This document shows, piece after piece, positions 1 to 10,184 of a stretch of DNA of 64,000 nucleotides (the stretch's first letter is position 1; each line of letters begins with the position of its first letter). The DNA is from Longimicrobiales bacterium (GTDB lineage Bacteria; Gemmatimonadota; Gemmatimonadetes; Longimicrobiales; Gaopeijiaceae). The notes beneath the pieces are model-generated. The model was not told where the DNA came from, did not search any database, and worked only from the letters and a program-made list of their open reading frames with translations. Where the stretch lies: positions 1,536,001-1,600,000 of the forward strand of contig OZ241892.1 of NCBI GenBank assembly GCA_965203485.1, written 5' to 3'. The translations under genes and the position numbers were made by a program.

Positions 1-309
1 GTCCAGTTGCAGGATCGGCTCGCCGGTTCGCACGAGCGTTCCCTTGTCGCGCAGAACATGCCGCACCACGCCGGTCTCCTCGGCGGACACGGTCACGTCC
101 TGCAACGCCTGCACGACGCCGACGAGGCGAATCGTCAAGTCCAGCGATCTCGGCTCGACTCGGATCGCCTCCACGTTCACGACCCGCTCGAACGCCGGCG
201 CGTCTTCGTCGGGCGGCACTTCGGCGCCGCCCGCGCATCCGGCCGCTCCGGCGCACGCTGCAAGCGCCAGCCCCGCGCGGTTCCTTCCGTTCTTCCTTCC
301 CGGCCTCAT
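1..309 (-). CDS. RND efflux periplasmic adaptor (membrane fusion protein), runs off the left window edge
   Basis: Manual translation from ATG 309 (ATGA overlap with TolC stop): MRPGRKNG..LAACAGAAGC..VVNVEAIRV..GVVQALQDVTVSAEETGVVRHVLRDKGTLVRTGEPILQLD, a typical MFP lipoyl-like segment. Confidence 0.85.
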   Translation of the reverse strand, partial: MRPGRKNGRNRAGLALAACAGAAGCAGGAEVPPDEDAPAFERVVNVEAIRVEPRSLDLTIRLVGVVQALQDVTVSAEETGVVRHVLRDKGTLVRTGEPILQLD

Positions 310-1886
310 TCCTTGTCTCCGCCTTCCGCACCGACGGCCTTCCGCGCGTCCACCAGGGGCACGGTCCCGGCGGCTTCGTCGAGCCGCGCGCCGGCCGCCA
401 AGTAGTCGTAGACCGCCTGGGCGTAGTTGAACTGGCTCTGTCGCAACGCCACCTCGGCGTCCGTGAGCTCCAGCTGGCCGCTGACCCCCTCGCGGTACTG
501 CATGCGCGCGATCTCGTAGCCGCGTTGCGCCTGCGACACCGCCAACCGCTGGGCCGCCGCTCGCGCGCGCGCCTCTTGCATCTCGTCGGCCAAGTTCCGC
601 AACTGCGCGTCGGCCTGGTTCGCCGCCAGGCTTCTCCGCGCTTCGGCCTGCCGGAGGGCGGCGCGCCGTTGGCCGATCCTCGCCTGGCGGCTGAATCCCG
701 AGAAGACCGGGAAGCTCACGCGAAGGCCGACCTGCTTGGTCGTGCCCCGTTGCGACGCGTCGGCGAAGAAGTCCGGCGGGCCGTTCTGCTGGGCCGCCAG
801 CCCGTAGGTCCCGAACGCCACGACCGTGGGCAGGTACCCGACCTGCTCGATGCGCAGCTCCGCCTGCCTCAGGTCCTCGGTGATCTCCAGCTGGCGGACG
901 TCCGACCGCCGCTCGGCGCCGCCCTCGATCAAGCGGCGTACCGCCGCGCCGCTGGCCAGCAACGTCCCCGAGAACTCGAGAATGTCCCGGTTCGCCTCCG
1001 TGTTGCTCGCGACGTCGTCCAGGTCGAGAAGCGCCAGCTCGCCGGCTACCGCGATCTCGCCGCCGGGACCGACGTCGAGTTCGGCCCCGAGGTCCCGGGC
1101 GAACGCGACTTGCCGGTTACGGGCGCGCCTGAGGTCCGGCTCCAGGTTGGCGAGCTCGACTTCCAGCCGAAGCACGTCGTAGGAGTCGGCGAGGCCGGCC
1201 TCGTGCATCGCCGAGGTCTCGTCCAGCGACAGCCGGACGCGCTCCACCGATTCCTCCAGCAACCGGGCCTCTTCTTGGGCCAGCAACAAGTCGTAAAAGG
1301 CGATCCGCACGCGCGTCACCGTCCCCTGGGTGCGTCCGCGCAGAACTTCGCGCTGGAGCCCGCGATACTTCGACGCCACGCCCAAGCCGACCATCACGCT
1401 CGGCTCCAGGATGCGCTGCTCCGCGTTGATCGACAGATTCCAGATGTTGTCCGCGCCGAACTGGACTGGGATGAACTCGCCTTCCGCCGCGTTCGGATCG
1501 AAGATCTGGGCGGGCAGAAAGCTCACCTGCGGAGCGACGTTGCGCGTGTAGGAACTCGACAGGTCGATGCTCGGGTAGAACGTGCTCCACGTCTCGGCGA
1601 GCTGCTTGTCGGCGAGGGCGACCTCCTGGGCCGCATCGACGATGTCGAGATTGCGGTCCAGCGCAACGCGCACGGCGGCGCTCAGGAGCAACGGAGCGCT
1701 GAAGCTCTCCGCGGGCGGGGCCGTGGTCTGGCGCTCCGCGGCGAACGCAGCGCCCGGGAGCGTCGCGGCCGCGAGGACGCCGGCAACCATCGCGTGCGCG
1801 CCGCGGCGGGCCGCAACCGGGGACGCGTTCGCGGGCAACGGGCGAGAGCCGCGCGCGGCGGGCTCGCCGGTCCGGTCCGGTCTCAT
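306..1886 (-). CDS. TolC-family outer membrane efflux protein
   Basis: AVRVALDRNLDI, two OEP-like halves, YREGVSGQLELTDAE, YDYLAAGARLDEAAG; start uncertain (1790/1886/1913). Confidence 0.9.
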   Translation of the reverse strand: MRPDRTGEPAARGSRPLPANASPVAARRGAHAMVAGVLAAATLPGAAFAAERQTTAPPAESFSAPLLLSAAVRVALDRNLDIVDAAQEVALADKQLAETWSTFYPSIDLSSSYTRNVAPQVSFLPAQIFDPNAAEGEFIPVQFGADNIWNLSINAEQRILEPSVMVGLGVASKYRGLQREVLRGRTQGTVTRVRIAFYDLLLAQEEARLLEESVERVRLSLDETSAMHEAGLADSYDVLRLEVELANLEPDLRRARNRQVAFARDLGAELDVGPGGEIAVAGELALLDLDDVASNTEANRDILEFSGTLLASGAAVRRLIEGGAERRSDVRQLEITEDLRQAELRIEQVGYLPTVVAFGTYGLAAQQNGPPDFFADASQRGTTKQVGLRVSFPVFSGFSRQARIGQRRAALRQAEARRSLAANQADAQLRNLADEMQEARARAAAQRLAVSQAQRGYEIARMQYREGVSGQLELTDAEVALRQSQFNYAQAVYDYLAAGARLDEAAGTVPLVDARKAVGAEGGDKE

Positions 1887-2393
1887 GCCCGGTCCCGATC
1901 TTCTTCTGGACATTGCTCTAGCGCTCGATCTCCTTGGCCCGGGGAGGCGCCGCGGGCCAGCGCGTCTCCGAAACAGGCTACGAAGGAAGGACTTGGCTGG
2001 ATTCGCGGCGGCCGGTCTCGGCGGGTCGTCGAGCCGCTCCACGTCGCCAGCCGCCGCCGAAATGTACTCTCGCCGACAAATCTACCCGCGTTCGCGCCGC
2101 TTCGACCCGTGCAGACCAGTACGGTCCCGCCCGGTCCGCCGATCGCCGTTCCCGACCAGCGAGAACCGCCGGCGTGGGCGCTGCGTCCGCGCCGCGAACG
2201 GCGACGTGGGCGCGCCGGTCGAAACCCGTTCGACCCTGCGCCCGCCGCCGGGCCCGGAGGGCGCCGCTCGGCCCCGCGCTTGACTTGGGCCGCCCGCCGA
2301 CATAAACTCCAAGCATCATTACCATTCGGTGGCGCCGGGCGGGGTTCGCGCGGCGGATGCCGAAGCAACGTCAGGTGACTGAAGGAGCACAGG

Positions 2394-2618
2394 ATGCGGA
2401 CCACGGGAACCGTCAAATGGTTCAACGATGCCAAGGGTTTCGGGTTTATCAGCCCGGAGGCCGGCGAACGGGACTGTTTCGTCCACTACTCGGCCATCGA
2501 GGGAGATGGCTTCAAGAGCTTGGCCAACGGAGAGCAGGTCGAGTTCGACATGGTCGACGGTCCGAAGGGGCCGTCCGCCGAGAACGTGACCCGCGTCGGG
2601 GGAGGCGATCTAGGGTAG
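2394..2618 (+). CDS. csp: Cold-shock protein (CSD)
   Basis: [15 protein letters not shown] (RNP1), DCFVHYSAI (RNP2); AGGAG RBS upstream. Confidence 0.97.
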   Translation: MRTTGTVKWFNDAKGFGFISPEAGERDCFVHYSAIEGDGFKSLANGEQVEFDMVDGPKGPSAENVTRVGGGDLG

Positions 2619-2673
2619 GGGTAGACCGGCAGGCGTCCGCCGCGAGCAGCGCCGGGGCGGACGCGGAGCACAA

Positions 2674-2724
2674 GGGGCGGGGTCGGCGTTTCCGGCGACG
2701 GGACGACGGCCCCGCTTCGCATTT
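2674..2724. terminator. GC-rich hairpin between convergent genes, possible intrinsic terminator
   Basis: GCGGGGTCG..CGGCCCCGC inverted arms followed by TTCGCATTT; weak U tract. Confidence 0.4.
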
Positions 2725-2749
2725 CGGGGGCGGACGGCGCGAAGCCCCG

Positions 2750-3265
2750 TCAGGAAAGCAACGCCGCATGCCAGCGTTCCGCGGCCGGGCCCTCCCATCG
2801 CCCGGCGCGCAGTTCGGCCATGCGGCCGATCGCGTTGTCGAACACGATCGATGCGCCGCCGACCCGGCCAGCGCGCGCCTCGCGGCGAAACGCGGCGCGG
2901 CTCGCCTGGACGACCTCGCCCTGTTCGTCGCGATACCACACGGCCTCGTTGCCGAGCAGGCGCGCGCCCGCCGCCTCGGCCAGCGCGCGCACGGCGCGCA
3001 CTAGCGCGTCGATCGAGCAACCGGACGCGGAGGCCGCCGCCTCGTCCGCGCCAACCACGAGGAAGCGCCCGTAGCGCAACGACCGAGCGGCCCGCAGCGG
3101 GGTCCCGTGCGCCGCCCAGCCGTCGAGGAACTCGTCCACTCCATGCAGGAAGCGTTCGGCGGCGGCGGCCGCAAGCGCCGGGGTCATCCCGAAGATCCAG
3201 ATCCGGGCGCTGTCCGGCAGGCCGTCGAGCCCGAGTCCGTCCCCGTCGCGCGTCCGCGGCTTCAA
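2750..3265 (-). CDS. Conserved hypothetical protein (WxAHG...SGCSID type)
   Basis: LPDSARIWIF, WAAHG, ASGCSID, IVFDN; TTG start overlaps the AI-2E stop. Confidence 0.75.
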   Translation of the reverse strand: MKPRTRDGDGLGLDGLPDSARIWIFGMTPALAAAAAERFLHGVDEFLDGWAAHGTPLRAARSLRYGRFLVVGADEAAASASGCSIDALVRAVRALAEAAGARLLGNEAVWYRDEQGEVVQASRAAFRREARAGRVGGASIVFDNAIGRMAELRAGRWEGPAAERWHAALLS

Positions 3266-4440
3266 GCCGGCGTCTCCCCGGCGCCCGGCGCAGTGCGCCC
3301 CTGCGTCGCCGTCGCGCCTCCGGCCGCGTCCGGCGGCGGCGCCTTGTCCAGCAGAACGGCCACCCACTTCAGGTCTTGCGTGTTCTCCAGCATGATCTTG
3401 ACGATCATCGTGAGAGGGACCGACAGCAGCGCGCCGATCGGGCCCCACAGCCATCCCCAGAAGATCAGGGAGAAGACCACGAACATGGTCGAAAGACCCA
3501 GGCTGCGTCCCATCAGAATCGGTTCCAGCCAGTTGCCCAGCACCACGTTGACCACCAAATAGCCCAAGCCCACGACAAGAGCCCCCTGCACGTCGAAGCC
3601 GGTCACGGCGTTGACCTCGAAGTCGAACTGCACCAGCGCGAGCGCCAGCGCGGGCAGAGACGCCAGTATCGAGCCGATCGTGGGCACGTAGTTCAGCCCA
3701 AACGCCACGAGGCCCAGCAGGATCGGCGACTCCACGCCCATCGCCCAGGTCCACGAGCCCAGCAAGACGCCCGTGGCCAAGCTCACCAGGGTCTTGATCA
3801 CCAAGTAGCGCTGCACTTCGCCGACGATCTTCTCCATCCGCGTGCCGGACCCCACGCCGCTGCCGCCGATGAGGCGCAACTTGCGCGGAAGCACGGCGGC
3901 TTCGCCGAGCGCGAACGCGAGGATGAGAAAGACCAGCAACGTCATCGACACGACCGACAGCGCCCATCGAAACGCCACGCCCGCCCACGACACCAGCACC
4001 GGAAAGTTGAGGAGGCCCATGACGTTGGCGCGCAGGTCGCCGAGGAGGCCCCAGCGTCCCTCGAGCCGCCCCAGCACGTCGTTCAGCTGGATCTGCAACG
4101 CCTCGGCGTACGCGGGTATGCGCGCCTGCAACTCCGAGAACTGCTGGACCGAGAGCACGACCAGCAGGCCGAAGACGCCGGCCACCACCACCACGGTGGC
4201 CAAGATCGCCAGGGACAGCGGGACGCGCTTCTTCGTCAGCCAGAGCACAATCGGCAGGCTGATCACGGCGAGGAACGCGGCGACGGCGAAGGGCAGCAGC
4301 ACCGGTTGCGTCAGGCGCATGCCGTGAATGAGGACGACGACGACGGCCAGCGTTAGGAGGAGCCGCAGGCCCGGCGTCTGTTCCAACCGGTCGAAGACCA
4401 TCGCGCCTGCGCGCGGAGACCGCTGGTCGCGCGAGGTCAC
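3262..4440 (-). CDS. AI-2E (PerM/TqsA-like) family transporter
   Basis: Multiple TM helices; YLVIKTLVS, LNYVPTIGS, LEPILMG, FWGWLWGPIGALLSVPLT. Confidence 0.93.
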   Translation of the reverse strand: MTSRDQRSPRAGAMVFDRLEQTPGLRLLLTLAVVVVLIHGMRLTQPVLLPFAVAAFLAVISLPIVLWLTKKRVPLSLAILATVVVVAGVFGLLVVLSVQQFSELQARIPAYAEALQIQLNDVLGRLEGRWGLLGDLRANVMGLLNFPVLVSWAGVAFRWALSVVSMTLLVFLILAFALGEAAVLPRKLRLIGGSGVGSGTRMEKIVGEVQRYLVIKTLVSLATGVLLGSWTWAMGVESPILLGLVAFGLNYVPTIGSILASLPALALALVQFDFEVNAVTGFDVQGALVVGLGYLVVNVVLGNWLEPILMGRSLGLSTMFVVFSLIFWGWLWGPIGALLSVPLTMIVKIMLENTQDLKWVAVLLDKAPPPDAAGGATATQGRTAPGAGETPA

Positions 4441-4449
4441 GGCCTGCGG

Positions 4450-5226
4450 CTAGCAGACGATGGGAACAAGGGACCGCGGCCGGGCGGCGGCGTTTTCCAC
4501 GTACGGGAGCGTGTAGACCCGTATCTGCGCGCAACCGCGAATCACTTCGATCCGGTATATCTCGGTCGTGGGAAGAGTCGCCAAGTCGCGCACGCCGCCG
4601 AACGCCGGGGCGTCGTCCACGTAGATGCGCGGGCGCTGCACGACCGATCCGCGCGTGCGGATGCAGTCGCGCGACCGGTTGAAGACGCCCGTGTTCGCGC
4701 CGGCCTCGAAGCACGGGACGAACTCGAAGCCCGGCTGGCTGGAGAGGAACGCCGCCACGTCGAGGTCGGGGGCCAGCTTGATCTCCTCTTCGGCGAAGGC
4801 GCGGGCCGAGTACGGCAGCTCGGCCAAGCGCTCGCCCAGGCGGTCCACGTACACGACGATTCCCTCCAGCAGAACCGGCTTCGGCACGACCGCCACCTCG
4901 ATGGTCTGCCCAGCCCGGATGTCGAGCACCTGGGCCAGGTCCACGTAGCCGAAGCGGGAGACCAGCACGTGGCTCGGACCCGGCGGCACGCCGGCGATCG
5001 CAAAGCGGCCCTCGTCGTCCGTCAGGCCCACGATCGCCGATCCGTCGCGCCGCAAGGTCTCCGTCAAGCGGACGACCGCGCCGACGACCGGCCGACCCGC
5101 GAACGTGTCGATCACGTGACCGCCGAACACGACGGGCTGGTCTGCCGCTTGGCCGCAGGCGGCCGGCGACGCCCCCGCCGCAAGCGCGAGGGGCGCCGCG
5201 AACCCGGCCAGAACCGCCCTCGTCAA
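4450..5226 (-). CDS. Secreted protein with carboxypeptidase-regulatory-like domain and TonB-receptor plug-like domain, no barrel
   Basis: Signal peptide; GHVIDTFAGRPVVGAVV..TDDEGRF..VSRFGY; RIYVDDAP..EIYRIEVIRG; TTG start overlaps the peroxiredoxin stop. Confidence 0.75.
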   Translation of the reverse strand: MTRAVLAGFAAPLALAAGASPAACGQAADQPVVFGGHVIDTFAGRPVVGAVVRLTETLRRDGSAIVGLTDDEGRFAIAGVPPGPSHVLVSRFGYVDLAQVLDIRAGQTIEVAVVPKPVLLEGIVVYVDRLGERLAELPYSARAFAEEEIKLAPDLDVAAFLSSQPGFEFVPCFEAGANTGVFNRSRDCIRTRGSVVQRPRIYVDDAPAFGGVRDLATLPTTEIYRIEVIRGCAQIRVYTLPYVENAAARPRSLVPIVC

Positions 5227-5693
5227 AGCGCCCTGACCGCCGCCTCGACGTCGTCGAAGGGCGGCAACGTTCCCGGATCGTCGCTCGTCCACGCGAAGGC
5301 CACCCGCCCGCCGCCGTCGACGACGAACGCCGACCGCTTGGCGACGCCCCGCAACCCGAAGAAGTCCTCCTCGAGCACGCCGTACGCGCGGGCCGCCTCC
5401 TTGTTGAAATCCGACAGCACCGGAAAGGGCACGCCCATCTCCTCGGCCCACTTCTGGTTGGCGAACGGCGAATCGACGCTCACGCCGAGAATCGCGGCCC
5501 CCAGCCCGCCCCACACGCTCCAGTTCTCGGCGACGCCGCAAAGCTCCTCGGTGCACGTGCCCGAGAACGCCAACGGGACGAAGAGGAGCACGACGGGCGC
5601 TCCCCGGTGCTCCGAGAGCGTGACCGGATCCTGGCTCAGCGCCCGCAACAAGCGAAAGTCCGGGGCCGGAGCCCCCACGGCGATCGTGGTCAT
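5223..5693 (-). CDS. Peroxiredoxin (AhpC/TSA family, AhpE-like)
   Basis: VGAPAPDF, PLAFSGTCTEE (PxxxS/TxxC), SVDSPF, LSDFN, RSAFVVD; AGGAG RBS. Confidence 0.93.
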   Translation of the reverse strand: MTTIAVGAPAPDFRLLRALSQDPVTLSEHRGAPVVLLFVPLAFSGTCTEELCGVAENWSVWGGLGAAILGVSVDSPFANQKWAEEMGVPFPVLSDFNKEAARAYGVLEEDFFGLRGVAKRSAFVVDGGGRVAFAWTSDDPGTLPPFDDVEAAVRAL

Positions 5694-6073
5694 CGTAGTC
5701 TCCTGGTCTCCGCGCCGACCGTTGGTTCGGGTTGCCTTGCGCGTCCCCGGGGGCGGGCCGTGGCATGGGCTTGGCTTCGCCGGCGCAACATGCCCGCGAG
5801 GACCAAAAAACGCGAGCCAGCAACGTTCGCCGGACCGGACGGCGCTCGCCTTGGGGGCGCTCGGACGGCTCGAATCTAACGGCGGGCCCGACTTGTCGGC
5901 CGAGAGCCGCTCGACGGACGGTTGCGGTAGACCGTTCCTTCGCCTGCGGCGGCCCTGGCCTGCCGGAGCCGACTTGCATACATTTGATTTGGCTCTCGGT
6001 TTCGCGAGGGCGCTTGGCCGCAACCGTCTCGCAACGAGGGGCCGGGCCGGTCTCCGTTGCGCGGAGGATGCCC

Positions 6074-8638
6074 ATGAAAAGACTGCTCCTCGCTTTCCTC
6101 GCCTCGGGAACGTTGCCGACTGGGGTCGCGTCGGTCTCATGGGCGGGAGACTTGCGGGCCGCCGCCTGGTCGGGGCGGGCCCACGGCGCGGTCTCTTCGA
6201 CGAATGGGCAGACGTCCGGGCTTGCGCGCCTGCCCCTCGGCGGCGGGACCGATGCTCCGGCCTCTCGGCTCGTCTTCGGCGACACGGTGCGGCGCGCGCT
6301 TGTGGACCCGAACGCGATCGTCGAGGAGTACTGCACGCGGTGCCACAACGAGCGGCGCCGCACCGGCAACCTCGTCTTGGAGGGCTTCGACGTCGCCGAA
6401 GCCGCCGAGATGCGGCCCGTCGTCGAGAAGATGATCCGCAAGTTGCGGGCCAGGATGATGCCGCCCGCGGGCGTCCGCAGGCCCGAGCCCAGCGTGATCG
6501 CAGGGATGGCCGCCGCCCTGGAGGACGAGATGGACCGGATCGCGGCCGCGGCGCCGAACCCCGGACGCCGAACCTTCCAGCGGCTCAACCGCGCCGAGTA
6601 CGCGAGCGCGGTCGAGGACCTCCTGGGCCTGGACGTGGACGTGGCCGCGTTTCTGCCCCTGGACACGAAGAGCGCCAACTTCGACAACATCGCCGACGTG
6701 CAGATGCCGTCGGCGACCGTCATGGAGGGCTACCTGCGCGCGGCCGGACACATCAGCCGGCTGGCGCTGGGCGATCCCGACGCCGAGCCCGCGTCGACGA
6801 TCTACCGAGCGCCGCGCGTGGCCTCGCAGAAGGACCGCGCCGAGGGCGCGCCGCTGGGGACGCGCGGCGGCCTTTCGGTCGTGCACACCTTCCCCGCCGA
6901 CGGCAAGTACGTCTTCCACGTCATGCCGTACGCGGCGGTCGAGGGCGAGGTCTTCGGGCGCACGTTCGGGACCGAGCAGATCGAGGTGTCGATCGACGGA
7001 GCGCGCGTCGCCCTGTTGACGATCGACCGCTGGATGTCGGAGGCCGAGCCCACGGGGCTCAACGTGCGCACCGACTCGATCCACGTGACCGCCGGCCCCA
7101 AGCGCGTTTCGGTGGCGTTCGTTCGCCAGTTCGAGGGCGAGGTGGACGACCTGATCCGGCCCATCGACCACACCTTGGCGGACGGGCAGATCGGCATCGG
7201 CCTGGGCGTGACCACGCAGCAGCACCTGCAGCGCGTCACGATCCTCGGCCCGTTCGCGGTGACGGGCGTGTCGGCGACTCCAACGCGCCGGGCGATCTTC
7301 AGCTGTCGTCCGACGGCGCCTGCCGAGGCGCGGCCGTGCGCGAGCGAGATCGTGGGCCGCCTCGCGGCGAAGGCGTACCGGCGGCCCGTCTCGGACGCGG
7401 ACGTCGAAGGACTGCTCGCGTTCTACGACCGCGGCGCGGAGGCCGGGGGCTTCGAGCGGGGCGTGCGCACGGCGTTGCAGGCCATCCTGGCCAGCCCGCA
7501 CTTCCTGTTCCGGCTCGAGCGCAGGCCCGGGAACGCGCCCGCGGGCGGCGTCTATCCGCTCGGCGGCGCGGACTTGGCCTCGCGGCTCTCCTTCTTCCTC
7601 TGGGGCTCTCCGCCCGACGACGAACTCGCGGCGGCGGCCGCCAGCGGCGCATTGTCCGACCCGGCGGAGCTGGCGGCGCAGGCCAAGCGCATGATCGCAG
7701 ACCCGAAGTCGCGCGCGCTGGCCACCCGGTTCGCGGCGCAGTGGCTCCGGCTTCAGGACCTGGAGAAGATCCATCCGGACGCGCTCTCGTATCCCTACTT
7801 CGACCAGACGCTCGCCGACGCCATGCACGGCGAGACCGAGGCCCTCTTTGCGCACTTGGTCGAAGAGGACCGCCCCGTGCACGAGCTGCTCCGCGCGGAC
7901 TACACCTTCGTCAACGAACGGCTGGCCCGGCACTACGGGATCAGCGGCGTGACCGGACACGAATTCCGCAAGGTCCCCTACCCCTCCGACGACCGCAGGG
8001 GCATCCTGGGGCACGGCAGCGTCCTGACGCTCACGTCGCATCCGGACCGCACGTCGCCCGTGCTCAGGGGCAAATGGGTGCTGGAAGTCCTGCTCGGCGC
8101 CCCTCCGCCTCCCCCGCCCCCGGACATTCCGGCCTTCGAGGAAACCGCGACGGCCGAGGAAGGCCGCTTTCTCACGGTGCGCGAGCGCATGGAGGAACAC
8201 CGGGCCAACCCGCAGTGCCAGTCGTGCCACGACGTGATCGACCCGCTGGGACTCGCCCTGGAGAACTTCGACGTGACCGGGGCGTGGCGCACCCGCGACG
8301 GCGGCAACCCGGTGGATCCGGTGGGCGTCATGTACGACGGGACCGAGCTGGCGGGCCCCGAAGACCTTCGCGAGGCGCTGCTCGGTCTTTCCGAGGTCTA
8401 CTACCGGACGTTCACCGAGAACTTGATGGCCTACGCGTTGGGCCGCAGAATCGAACACTACGACATGCCGACGATCCGGCGGATCACGCGCCAAGCGGAA
8501 GCTCAGGACTACCGGATGTCGTCGTTCCTGCTAGGCGTAGTCGGAAGCCCCGCGTTTCGCACGACGCGAGCCGGCGCGGCAACCGAAGACGACCCCGAAG
8601 ACGACCCCGGACACGGCCCCGAGGCCGAACGCCACTAG
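6074..8638 (+). CDS. DUF1592/PSD-family multidomain protein with two c-type haem motifs
   Basis: CTRCH and CQSCH; RLNRAEY, LASRLSFFLW..PD, FAAQWL, TSPVLRGKWV, IDPLGLALENFD, YALGR; GGAGG RBS. Confidence 0.9.
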   Translation: MKRLLLAFLASGTLPTGVASVSWAGDLRAAAWSGRAHGAVSSTNGQTSGLARLPLGGGTDAPASRLVFGDTVRRALVDPNAIVEEYCTRCHNERRRTGNLVLEGFDVAEAAEMRPVVEKMIRKLRARMMPPAGVRRPEPSVIAGMAAALEDEMDRIAAAAPNPGRRTFQRLNRAEYASAVEDLLGLDVDVAAFLPLDTKSANFDNIADVQMPSATVMEGYLRAAGHISRLALGDPDAEPASTIYRAPRVASQKDRAEGAPLGTRGGLSVVHTFPADGKYVFHVMPYAAVEGEVFGRTFGTEQIEVSIDGARVALLTIDRWMSEAEPTGLNVRTDSIHVTAGPKRVSVAFVRQFEGEVDDLIRPIDHTLADGQIGIGLGVTTQQHLQRVTILGPFAVTGVSATPTRRAIFSCRPTAPAEARPCASEIVGRLAAKAYRRPVSDADVEGLLAFYDRGAEAGGFERGVRTALQAILASPHFLFRLERRPGNAPAGGVYPLGGADLASRLSFFLWGSPPDDELAAAAASGALSDPAELAAQAKRMIADPKSRALATRFAAQWLRLQDLEKIHPDALSYPYFDQTLADAMHGETEALFAHLVEEDRPVHELLRADYTFVNERLARHYGISGVTGHEFRKVPYPSDDRRGILGHGSVLTLTSHPDRTSPVLRGKWVLEVLLGAPPPPPPPDIPAFEETATAEEGRFLTVRERMEEHRANPQCQSCHDVIDPLGLALENFDVTGAWRTRDGGNPVDPVGVMYDGTELAGPEDLREALLGLSEVYYRTFTENLMAYALGRRIEHYDMPTIRRITRQAEAQDYRMSSFLLGVVGSPAFRTTRAGAATEDDPEDDPGHGPEAERH

Positions 8639-8670
8639 CAACGCAGGCACGAAAGCGAGGTCACGACCCG

Positions 8671-10059
8671 ATGAAGATCATCAGCGGAAGACACATCTCC
8701 CGCAGAGCCATGCTGAAGGGAACCGGAGCCGCGATCGGCCTCCCGCTGTTGGACGCCATGGTGCCCGCGGGCCGCCTTTGGGCCGCCACGCCCAACGGCA
8801 AGGCGGCCGACCGCACGCGCCTGATCTGCATCGAGCAGGTGCACGGGGCCGCCGGATGCAACGACTGGGGCGCGTCCCAGAACCTGTGGGCGCCCGCCGC
8901 GACGGGGCGCGACTTCGACCTGTCGCCGACCAGCTTGAAGCCGCTCGAGCCGTTCCGCGACTACCTGACGATCGTGAGCGACACGGACGCCCGCATGGCG
9001 GACGCATACGCGCCCAGCGAGATCGGGGGCGACCACTTCCGCACCAGCGCCGTCTTCCTGACGCAGGCGCGTCCGAAGCAGACGGAAGGATCGGACGTGC
9101 GCGTGGGCACGTCGATGGACCAGCTGTACGTGCAGCGCTTCGGCGCCGACACGCCGATCCCGTCGCTTCAGCTGTCCATCGAGAACGTGGATCAGGCCGG
9201 CGGTTGCGCGTACGGATACGCCTGCGTGTACACCGACACGATCAGCTGGTCGTCGCCGACGGAGCCGTTGCCCATGATCCGCGATCCGCGAGCGGTGTTC
9301 GAGCAGCTCTTTGGTGCGGGCGGAACACCGGAGCAGCGAGCGGAGCGCCTCGACACCGACCGCAGCATCCTGGACTGGGTCATGGACGAGATGTCGTCTC
9401 TCCGCCGCCAGCTCGACCCGGCGGACGCGCGTCGGCTCGACCAGTACGCCGACAACATTCGCGAACTCGAGCAGCGCATCCAGCGAATCGAAGCCCAGAA
9501 CTCCAGCGGCGAGGAGCGCCAGATTCCCGAAGCGCCCGTCGGCGTGCCGGACTCGTTCGAAGAGCACGTCAAGCTCATGTTCGATTTGCAGGTGCTGGCG
9601 TTCCAATCGGACACGACGAGAGTGTTCTCGCTCAAGCTGGGACGGGACGCTTCGCCGCGCGTCTACCCCGAGTCGGGCGTCGACACTCCGTTCCACGCCG
9701 CGTCGCACCACGGCGGGCGGGAGGAGCGCGTGCGCCAGTTCGCCAAGATCAACGAGTACCACGTGTCGATGATGCCCTACCTGCTCAAGAAGCTGCAGGA
9801 GGCGGACGAGGGCGAGGGCTCGTTGCTGGACAAGACCATGATCGTGTACGGCTCCGCCATGGCGGACAGCAACCTGCACAATCATGCGCGTTGCCCGCTG
9901 TTCCTGGTCGGCGGCGCGAACGGCGCCTTGGAAGGCGGACAGCACGTTCGGGCTCAACCGGGGACGCCGATGGCCAACGTGATGCTGAGCTTGTTGCACA
10001 AGCTCGGCGCCGACGACATCGAGAGCTTCGGAAACAGCAACGGACGCTTCGCCTTCTAG
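8671..10059 (+). CDS. DUF1552 (HxxSHH) family protein, Tat-like signal
   Basis: ISRRAMLKG..IGLPLLDAM, ISWSSPT.PLP, DPRAVFEQLFG, RSILD, HAASHH, NLHNH. Confidence 0.9.
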   Translation: MKIISGRHISRRAMLKGTGAAIGLPLLDAMVPAGRLWAATPNGKAADRTRLICIEQVHGAAGCNDWGASQNLWAPAATGRDFDLSPTSLKPLEPFRDYLTIVSDTDARMADAYAPSEIGGDHFRTSAVFLTQARPKQTEGSDVRVGTSMDQLYVQRFGADTPIPSLQLSIENVDQAGGCAYGYACVYTDTISWSSPTEPLPMIRDPRAVFEQLFGAGGTPEQRAERLDTDRSILDWVMDEMSSLRRQLDPADARRLDQYADNIRELEQRIQRIEAQNSSGEERQIPEAPVGVPDSFEEHVKLMFDLQVLAFQSDTTRVFSLKLGRDASPRVYPESGVDTPFHAASHHGGREERVRQFAKINEYHVSMMPYLLKKLQEADEGEGSLLDKTMIVYGSAMADSNLHNHARCPLFLVGGANGALEGGQHVRAQPGTPMANVMLSLLHKLGADDIESFGNSNGRFAF

Positions 10060-10184
10060 CGGGAGCGGCCGTCCGGCGGCCCGGCTGGCGCGGGCGGACT
10101 TGCGGGAAGCGGCGGGAAAGAGGCGACCGCCTGGGTTGCCGGCCTGCGGGCCGGGCCGGGCGCCAGCACTTGGGGAGCAACGAC

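Noticed and set aside
8585..8608. 12-bp tandem duplication (EDDP x2) and the 21-bp DTTR repeats at ~58790-58840
   Set aside because: Short in-frame duplications in low-complexity C-terminal tails; no evidence of function
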